From Candidatus Babelota bacterium (lineage in GTDB: Bacteria; Babelota; Babeliae; Babelales; Vermiphilaceae), in contig JAJCZB010000041.1 of the NCBI GenBank assembly GCA_029262595.1, positions 22,123-86,122 on the forward strand: a stretch of 64,000 nucleotides of DNA, read 5' to 3'. Shown here in pieces: positions 9,081 through 17,000 of the stretch; the stretch's first letter is position 1; each line of letters opens with the position of its first letter. The notes beneath the pieces were generated by a model. It was not told the DNA's origin. It made no database searches and worked only from the letters and a program-made list of their open reading frames with translations. Position numbers and translations under genes: made by a program.

Positions 9081-9743
9081 TTATTTTCGATTGAAACGAT
9101 AAATCGTCGCTCCAATAAGCGGCAATGCGATTATACCCCCAAAGATACTCACATACAGTATAAAATCATTAAGGGAATTTAAATTATGCAAATAAGCGCC
9201 TGCTATTACATAAATAACGGTGAGGGGTACTGCTCCAATAACATTTACTCCTATTACATTATATAGCGACATAGATGAAAGGCTCATTGCAATATTGGGC
9301 AAAAAACTTGGCATAAATGGAATGCTATGAATCATCAAAACATAATATAAGCCATATTTTTCTATTTCTTTATTAAATGGATCAAGTTCATCACCATATC
9401 GCTCTTGCACCCAATCATGCATTACATAACGAACAAAAGAACCCAAAATCGTAACTCCAATCAATACTCCCAACATCGAGTAGGCTATGCCATGAATAAT
9501 TCCAAAAAAATATCCTCCTATAATGGTTATACTAATTGGAATTCCAAAGATAATGGACAACACATACATACTCATATACACAACAGAAGCAAAGAGAGGA
9601 TAATGATTTGAAAAAAATAATAATTGATCTTTTATCTTTATAAAATCAGAGAGCGTTATTGGATTAATCCAATACGTAATCTGTATTAATACCAACAATA
9701 TAACAAATAAAATTGCTACAATGTTTTGCCAAACAAACTTCAT
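9081..9743 (-). CDS. TVP38/TMEM64 (DedA-related) family inner-membrane protein
   Basis: Multi-pass membrane protein with LFASVVYMSMYVLSIIFGIP and GSFVRYVMHDWVQERYG, as seen in SNARE-associated/TVP38 proteins. The ATG at 9743 is preceded by GGAG. Confidence 0.6.
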   Translation of the reverse strand: MKFVWQNIVAILFVILLVLIQITYWINPITLSDFIKIKDQLLFFSNHYPLFASVVYMSMYVLSIIFGIPISITIIGGYFFGIIHGIAYSMLGVLIGVTILGSFVRYVMHDWVQERYGDELDPFNKEIEKYGLYYVLMIHSIPFMPSFLPNIAMSLSSMSLYNVIGVNVIGAVPLTVIYVIAGAYLHNLNSLNDFILYVSIFGGIIALPLIGATIYRFNRK

Positions 9744-9905
9744 ATCCAATCTCCTAATAATGAAATTGCCATCATAGCACGATAGAAAAAAAGTTCGCAA
9801 AAATTTGTATCTTTACAATACCTATAGAGTTGAGTGGCGCCCTCCAGACGCCATGTCCGCCGGAGATTAACACAAGAAGATTGTTATAGCGAAATTTCAG
9901 CATAA

Positions 9906-10170
9906 TCACTTTTTGACAAAGTCACGGCCAGCACCCGATTTTAAATATCTCTCAAATCGTAATGCTTCTGATTGAGTTTGAAAGCCAAGAAACATTTTCA
10001 ATTTCGTCAGACAACCTTCGTTTGCAAAATGTCAAAATCAGCCTTACTAGTTTCATCACTTGTTGGCGTCAGCCAGGCGTAGCCCAACGGGCGAAAACTG
10101 GCATCCCAAAACCGACGATGGTAGAACTTTTGAGTCCTAAGACATCTTCTTTCATCCACTCATAATCTTG
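9906..10170 (-). pseudogene. Decayed GIY-YIG nuclease gene (small COG2827-like type), frameshifted and truncated
   Basis: The minus strand at 9906-10031 reads HFANEGCLTKLKMFLGFQTQSEALRFERYLKSGAGRDFVKK*. This matches the C-terminal ...HN.G...T...LVMFLGF.....A..FEKYLKSGSGR.F.K signature of small GIY-YIG proteins, with an internal deletion. Upstream pieces lie in other frames and no intact start exists. Confidence 0.4.
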
Positions 10171-10237
10171 ATTATTCACATACCTATGTGATTTAGTAAT
10201 CCATGAAAATCAAACTCTTTTTAATGAACGGAAACAT

Positions 10238-10984
10238 ATGAAGCAAAACAGAATATTTTACCTTTACTTACTATTTGCCTTGAGCTTAGGCCTTACAAGC
10301 TGTTTGCCAGAAAATAGCACTTCTCAAAAGCAGCCAAATGAACAAAGTCACACTAGTCCCGAAAAACAGCAGCGCTGGCAAGCCATGGAAAAAAAAGTTG
10401 AATCATGGGGCGATGGATTAGGACTCGGCATTGATCCGGGTATAAAAAAAATGGTTACTGTTCTTAATCTACTTGGCTTTAAAACAAGACAATCATGCGA
10501 AGGACACATTGATTGGGGTTTGCCATATCCTTGGATAGACTTTGAAACCGAAAATAAGCAAATAAAGGACCTAAGCATCAAACTTCAAAGTGTTAGTACC
10601 CTAATCCAGAAAGAAGAATCTGACATCCAAAAAAAATATCCGGATTTATCATTAGGTGAAGCACTTAGAAAAGAAGAGTCACAAGATTTAAATAGTTTGT
10701 ATCAAAAAATGCGTGCTATTAATGAAAATATAGAGAAAACATCTAAATCACAACTTATGCCATTAAACAATTTAATTGAAAATTTTTATAAAAATCGGCC
10801 AACTAATACAGATCGAATAATAGCGGTCCATGAAATCAATCCCACCTTTCTCAGAATGTATAGTTTAGGGGGAGACTGGCAAATCGTTAGAGATGATAAA
10901 GAAAAAAGATCAAAGCTCAATGAATATCAGCAGGAAATGAAAGAGTTCACAGAATTTTTAACAAATTTTTATTTTAGTAAATAA
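10238..10984 (+). CDS. Lipoprotein, hypothetical
   Basis: Lipobox LGLTSC after a signal peptide. The mature part is charged and helical. No recognisable domain. Confidence 0.5.
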   Translation: MKQNRIFYLYLLFALSLGLTSCLPENSTSQKQPNEQSHTSPEKQQRWQAMEKKVESWGDGLGLGIDPGIKKMVTVLNLLGFKTRQSCEGHIDWGLPYPWIDFETENKQIKDLSIKLQSVSTLIQKEESDIQKKYPDLSLGEALRKEESQDLNSLYQKMRAINENIEKTSKSQLMPLNNLIENFYKNRPTNTDRIIAVHEINPTFLRMYSLGGDWQIVRDDKEKRSKLNEYQQEMKEFTEFLTNFYFSK

Positions 10985-11068
10985 TACTTTGACTGCTCTA
11001 GAAGCTAAAATTAGTGGCGTCCCACAGTCGACTATTTTAGAACTTTTTGAAGCAATTTTACCTATTGA

Positions 11069-12304
11069 TTATACCACTGATTTTTTGTTTATAACCCTTA
11101 ACCAATCATTTCTTCGATAAGCGTATATGTCTCTAGAAAACTCTACAATTCCCAGCTTCTCTAGATAAATAAAATATGCGCGCAAAGTTTTCCATGTCGA
11201 TGGGAGATTATTGTAAATATTATCAGGGACAAGATGTGGGTTGCGTCTGCCATATATACCCACAATTTTGACGCTCTGATGAACCTTAAAGCCAAGTACA
11301 TCTTGAAGCCAGCCATCAACATGCTTAATAAGAAACGGCTTATCTTTACGCTTAAGAACAAAATAATTATAACAAGCTGTTTGCCAAATACGCCTATCGC
11401 ATCCAAAAATCCAGTCTCCATCAGGAACATCTACATTGACAAAATTCGGTAAATTATTGAATGAAAACGATAGATATCGAGCATTATCTCTCCAAAATGG
11501 ATGTGCTTCTGCTTGTTGCTTAAATTGGGCTATAGATTCATCGCTAGACAGAATCTTTAATTCCTTGAGAGATGGCAAAAGCTGTTCTTTTCCTCTTTGC
11601 TCTATTTTTTTTCTTTTGATTTCTTCTTGCCGATACTTCTTTTCTTGTTCAAAAATCTTATTTTCTAATTCTTTTTCTAATTCAAGACCATATCTCTGGG
11701 CCTTGGTGTTATGTAGCCATCGAATGCGATTGACATCATTGATATACAACCAGAAAGTCTCCCAACTTTTGATATCTTCCGGTGTTAAATCTGATAGATC
11801 GATTTCTATGGCGGATATGTTAGCTTCGAATATTTTTAAACGCTTTTGATCTTCCACTTTATGACGGTAAAAAATTTCAATTATGAGTGGCGTACTACCT
11901 TTTTGAGCAAGTATGTCAGCTTTCATGCCATGCAGTACCATTTCTTCCTGCACAGAATCAAAATTTATAATTTCCCCATCTTTTACAACTGATTTTGGCT
12001 CAACAGAATGCCATTCTCCTCTTGAATCTTTTTTTCCTGATCTATCAATATTATACCCTGGAAGAGTTATTCGCTTTCTTTCTCTTATAATTTGTTTAGC
12101 TGCGAAATGGATGGCGCTTTCACCTTTGCATTGATTATCAATAGCATGTTTGAAGTGAGGTTGATTTTTGCTCCCCTTGTGTGCAATAAGTGAAAATCCG
12201 CAATCTGGACAGACACAATTGCAATTCCTTCCTCTTTCTACATCAGTAATATGTACAAGAATTTTGTTTTCATTAAAACCGAAAGGCAGTTTGATTGATC
12301 TCAT
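11069..12304 (-). CDS. CoiA-like protein: N-terminal Zn finger plus PD-(D/E)xK-type nuclease core, with a long unique C-terminal half
   Basis: CNCVCPDCGFSLIAHKGSKNQPHFKHAIDNQCKGESAIHFAAKQ matches the CoiA N-terminal pattern (CP.CG..L....G....HF.H......C..ES..H...K). It is followed by MKADILAQKGSTPLIIEIFYRHK (D...E-x-x nuclease-like core), a coiled coil (aa ~200-260) and an uncharacterised C-terminus. Confidence 0.6.
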   Translation of the reverse strand: MRSIKLPFGFNENKILVHITDVERGRNCNCVCPDCGFSLIAHKGSKNQPHFKHAIDNQCKGESAIHFAAKQIIRERKRITLPGYNIDRSGKKDSRGEWHSVEPKSVVKDGEIINFDSVQEEMVLHGMKADILAQKGSTPLIIEIFYRHKVEDQKRLKIFEANISAIEIDLSDLTPEDIKSWETFWLYINDVNRIRWLHNTKAQRYGLELEKELENKIFEQEKKYRQEEIKRKKIEQRGKEQLLPSLKELKILSSDESIAQFKQQAEAHPFWRDNARYLSFSFNNLPNFVNVDVPDGDWIFGCDRRIWQTACYNYFVLKRKDKPFLIKHVDGWLQDVLGFKVHQSVKIVGIYGRRNPHLVPDNIYNNLPSTWKTLRAYFIYLEKLGIVEFSRDIYAYRRNDWLRVINKKSVV

Positions 12305-12445
12305 AGAGGACTGTCCTACGTGTCTCGCTAAGCTACCTTCGTTAAAACTTACATCGCCACTGAAACTATGACGTACAAGCCGGTGGGCAACCTACTAATT
12401 TTTCTATTAAGCAGAGAATTCCTAGCTGGCTATACAAAGATCACA

Positions 12446-13009
12446 TTATAATATCTGTACAAAATGAGACCTATAAGGCCTTTTGCCGGGAAATATAAGA
12501 TTATCTATATCATGTTTGGTTGGGCAGACAGGATATATAACAAGATATATGGCATTAAATATCTTAGGTTGTAAATTCAAAAAATTATCTTTTCTCAGAA
12601 TCGCATCAAAATCTTCTCTCCAATCTAATCCATATCCCTCGACACGAACCAATAGTATTCTGTTTTTATATAGACTGGGTAAATCTCGATAAGAAGGCTT
12701 ATTTTGCTTCTTATGAATTTCGTTTAAAATTCTATTTATAGCAACTGAAATCCTATCGTCATGAATCATCAATTTGAGAGTCTTTTCATTCGCGCTTTTT
12801 GATACAGTATCAACAACATCATACACTCGTACCGACACTTCTTCGATACATAGTCCTGCGTCAAAAACAACACAATCCGGCAAGTCAAAATCATCCGCAT
12901 TCTGAGCGAAGAAAGGCTTATCAGTTATCCCAGAATAGCTCAAAAAATGATCTATGATAAATCGCTCCTGAACCCTATCAAAATTAATTTTTTCAGAATT
13001 TTTCGTCAT
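12446..13009 (-). CDS. Hypothetical protein (island gene 3)
   Basis: 187-aa ORF on the same strand as its neighbours, with an ATG start. No motif recognised. Confidence 0.45.
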   Translation of the reverse strand: MTKNSEKINFDRVQERFIIDHFLSYSGITDKPFFAQNADDFDLPDCVVFDAGLCIEEVSVRVYDVVDTVSKSANEKTLKLMIHDDRISVAINRILNEIHKKQNKPSYRDLPSLYKNRILLVRVEGYGLDWREDFDAILRKDNFLNLQPKIFNAIYLVIYPVCPTKHDIDNLIFPGKRPYRSHFVQIL

Positions 13010-13214
13010 AGCCTAAAATCCTATTCAGAAGCTATAGCTAAAACTATCTATTGAAAAAGATGAAGTAAGTTGGCGTTACTTAGTGGACGGTCTGGGCAAT
13101 AGATCAATTGAATTTGATTTCTCATTAGAGACTATGCAACGGGCCTATCGCAATTTGGGACTTGAGTAATGTTTACTTAATTCCACATTTGCTGCGATCA
13201 CCATGCATGAGACT

Positions 13215-14009
13215 TTAAATATTAATCTTATTGTTTATATAATGCATCAAATTAGCGACCTGGTAAACCAGAAAAAATGCATCTTCCATAGTTATATCGC
13301 CATCTTTATGTTTTGAGTTTTCGTTAAAATAGGAATCAATATATTTAAAAGTCTGACAAATAATACTCCTAATATCACTGGCAACTTTATTAGTTTTGAG
13401 AAGTTTTCCAAGCTCAGCAATATTAACTGCCAACCCTTTCCCGTTTTTAAATTTAAAACGTAAAAACTCTTCTAATGACCGCCTTAAACTCTCTGCAACA
13501 GAGATATATTTCTTTTCCAATAAGTTCTTATAAACTTCTATGAAGTGCTTTTTACTTTTACTATCTAGAAATGAAAAAACCGGACCAACAAGTTCTTCAT
13601 CTAGTTTTTTATTGCCAGCAGGAACAATCAAAAAAACATCATCCATCATTGTACGATAAGGCAATTTGGATAACTTTAGAGCTTCTATTATTCCCATACA
13701 ATAGGCGTAGTATTTTTTTTCACCCCCGGACCAAGGCAAATTAAAAATTAATGCTACAAGTTTAATAAACTCAAGTTCATTACTTTCTTCTTTTAATCGA
13801 GGTAAAATATATTTTGCAATCGGGGATCGCCTGTCATACTGAATTCCATAAAACTGACAAAACTCAAAACGGCCTTCTAGAGTTATATTTAAATCTATAT
13901 CATCCGGAATAACATTTAATATTCTGTTTTTAAAGGCTTCAAACGTTGATTTTCGCTCTTTAAGGCCAAATTCACGATTAAATTTTTTATCAAATTCTGA
14001 TAAATTCAC
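13215..14009 (-). CDS. Hypothetical protein (island gene 2), translationally coupled to the helicase-methyltransferase gene
   Basis: 264-aa ORF. GTG start at 14009, preceded by AGGA, lies only 8 nt after the stop of 14018-17839. Helical and Lys/Glu-rich; no convincing catalytic motif (no clear R-x4-6-H HEPN motif). Confidence 0.5.
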   Translation of the reverse strand: MNLSEFDKKFNREFGLKERKSTFEAFKNRILNVIPDDIDLNITLEGRFEFCQFYGIQYDRRSPIAKYILPRLKEESNELEFIKLVALIFNLPWSGGEKKYYAYCMGIIEALKLSKLPYRTMMDDVFLIVPAGNKKLDEELVGPVFSFLDSKSKKHFIEVYKNLLEKKYISVAESLRRSLEEFLRFKFKNGKGLAVNIAELGKLLKTNKVASDIRSIICQTFKYIDSYFNENSKHKDGDITMEDAFFLVYQVANLMHYINNKINI

Positions 14010-14017
14010 TTTCTATC

Positions 14018-17000
14018 CTAAGCTAAAACTTTTTCCTGCCTATCCAAACCAATCTCATTCATCTCTCTCTCAGATTTTAACGCTTTAATAAAAGTAAATC
14101 GATCTTTTGATTCCACATCTATCATATAAAAGCCCAATTTTCTCAGAAGCTCTTTAAACTGCTCAATGTCTTTTATTCTAGAGGTCGGCTCAGCTAGCCA
14201 TAGCCAGCCATCCAATTTAAGACAGCGTTTTGCTTCTTTGAGATAATCAACAAAATTTGTGCCCATCAAAGACAACGAAAATATTGCAGCCCCTATCGAC
14301 TCATTCTCCAAAGGCACTTGAGACATATCGCATGCAATTACGCTGTTATTGATAGCAACATGGTCAAATGAATAAATTTTGTTTTTAAGCTCTTGTGCCA
14401 GTAAAGCCTCTCCGCATCCAAAATCACCAATCACTAAATCTGGCCTTGTTTTGCACCACTTTAATGCTTCATGATTTGGGATCACTGGCCATGATTCTCT
14501 TGTTGCTCTGAATGAAGCATGGTAGTCATGCCACTCTTCAGGACTCTTTAAAAAACGCTTATGCGTATCCTGGCTACTGTCATTATTTATTTCCTGATTC
14601 ATTCTCGATAAATCGCCAATCCTCCTAAGAGGCGGTTGTTGAAAATCAGCAGATAACTCCAAAGCTATCTTTGACCGCTCTACCTCATGGATGCCACTAT
14701 TGGCTAATCGATCAAACCACTTCATACTATCTTTATGCGCTAGAGCAGCACTTCTCAAATGACCTTCGGGAATTACTCCATCGACTGCAGCATCAGCTAT
14801 GCTCTTTTTAAATTCTATTCGTTTCCATCTCGACTCACACCACGACCATCGCTCGCCATTAATTTCTGCAAACGTAAGGGGGACAATAATATCAACATTA
14901 TCTTTGATTTGACCTTGACGATAAATTCTACCGATTAGTTGTTTATACTCTGCATGCGTCCACGGCAAGCAATTAATTATTAATCGATTGCATACTTTTT
15001 GCAGACCATCAACACCCGTCCCTATACAACTCGTAGCAATTAGGATATCAACATCCCCATTGATAAATTTATCCAATCCATCTTTAGTACTTCCATTGAA
15101 TAGAGAGGCACTCCATCCTTTTTGCACAATAGCCTCTTGAAGAGCTATTTCTATTCCCTCTCTATAATGCGTATACACTATAGTCTTTGGTCGAAGTTGA
15201 TCCAAAATAAATGGCAATTTTGCCCGCGTAAGAATCCCTTCTAATTCAACCCAAGATTTGTGTTCCTTGATTTCATCAAACTGATCACTACAATCAATGA
15301 GCTCTTTTTTTAAATTGAACTGCATCTTATAATCCGGCAAATATCGAATTCCATGACTCACAAATTTCTTATACAACGCAATACAATTTGAGGGAGTTGC
15401 CAGAGTGTTCAGTTCGTCATGATAGATACCAGTGATAAGCTCTAATAACGTTTTACCCTCAAACAAATTGTTTATGACGGGTGTGGCAGACATTCCAAGA
15501 ATAGATAGGTTTAAATTTTTATCTGATGCCTCTGACAAAAAAGACGCTACAAGAATTTTTCTTTTAGATATTTTTTGCTGCACACGCTGCTTTGATTGGT
15601 GAATTTCATCAATTACAATGAAATCAATTGCACACTTTTCAATCAGTTTTTTTAACTTACTTTCTGAAGTAGACTGCTGAAAAAACTCATAATTTAAAAT
15701 AAGATATTTATTTTTTGCATCATCCGTAGTAATTCGTAAAATGGACTCTTTCGTATAAATCACACTATCAGAATAAGATCCTTTAATCTGACTTCTCCAA
15801 GTACCAATCACATTATTAGGACAACAAATAACAGTCAATTTTGAATCAATTACTCTGCTAGCCAAAATTGCGGATAAAGTTTTTCCCGCCCCAGTTCCAG
15901 ACCAATTACCAAATCTTTTTCTAGTCTTGATCTGAGAAGCAACATAGCGCTGCATAAGACCAAGTTCTTCTTTCCTTGGAAGCAATCCTGGTGGATTCTC
16001 ATTGTAACCCTCAGGAATCTTTAAATTCTTAGCACTATGATATCCATCTAAAAATAATTTTTTAACTTCCCTTGGGTATTCGCCTTCGCCTTGATATTGC
16101 TCAAGTTGCAATTGCGCTTCCTTTTCATTTCGAAAAGTATGACGCCAAATTTTTGCTACCGCTGACTTAATCAAAAAATCAACAGTTTCTGCATCAGCAC
16201 TCGCCACTATTTTGCTATCAATTGATTCGAGAATATCTTTAGTCTGAACGATTGGAAGATCTGATTCGTCAAGCTTAACTTCATTCTCCGAAAGAATACC
16301 TATCTCATCCTCATTATTGATCAACTGGTCTTTTTGTAACTCAATTAATTCAGTAAATTTTTGAGGATCACCCACAGCTTCAATCAAATCGTCTTTAGGC
16401 AATTTTCCCGAAAGAAAATTTTTAATAAAAGAAGATCCCTTACCCGTCGAATTTAGCAATCCATTCTGTTGAAATATTGCATATAGTTCTACAGGAGAAA
16501 GAGTATTTAAATAAGGCAGAAGAGAAAGAATAAACCTCCGTATCTTTTCAACTGTCCACCCAGAATTACAAAAGGGACAGCCTGTACCGGTAGCCCTCGC
16601 ACAGACAGCAGCTTTCCATATATGCTCTACATCCTTAGCACACGCCCACCATACTCTTTTTCCACTTCCTACCACAACATCAAATGGAGTCAATTTGCCA
16701 TTTTTCGATGGATGCCATTCCTTAGCAAGGTTCGGTTTTAGGGTTGCTAAACAATTAGATATGTGTACTTGTGATCCCAAGCAAATTGGACAACCTGACC
16801 CACGATAAGCCCTGTTCTTAACAGGGGCCATCCATTCATGGCTATCGTCTTTTAAGCATTGCCACCACACTTTTTTCCCACTCCCTGCAAAAATACCTTT
16901 CGGAGTTATAGAATTTTTTGTTGGATGCCATTCCTTTACGATATTTGGATAAGTTGAAAATAAAGAATTAGATAAAACAATCTTCAATCCCCTACAAATT

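Noticed and set aside
9835-9865. ATGGCGTC (minus strand), resembling the tRNA-Glu 3' end, as an alternative island boundary
   Set aside because: Only 8 nt match and the orientation is inverted relative to the tRNA. The match lies inside a self-complementary GC-rich stem-loop that explains the sequence better.
11033-11047. 15-mer TATTTTAGAACTTTT shared with 2214-2228, with a near copy at 9069-9082; each lies just downstream of a minus-strand gene stop
   Set aside because: The sequence is AT-rich and low-complexity in an AT-rich genome. One or two chance 15-mer repeats are expected in 64 kb. No hairpin or other structure is associated. It could be re-examined genome-wide.
13060-13170. Plus-strand start-less frame KDEVSWRYLVDGLGNRSIEFDFSLETMQRAYRNLGLE* in the gap between island genes 2 and 3
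   Set aside because: It looks protein-like and may be a gene remnant. However, it is only 37 codons, has no start, and I recognise no family.
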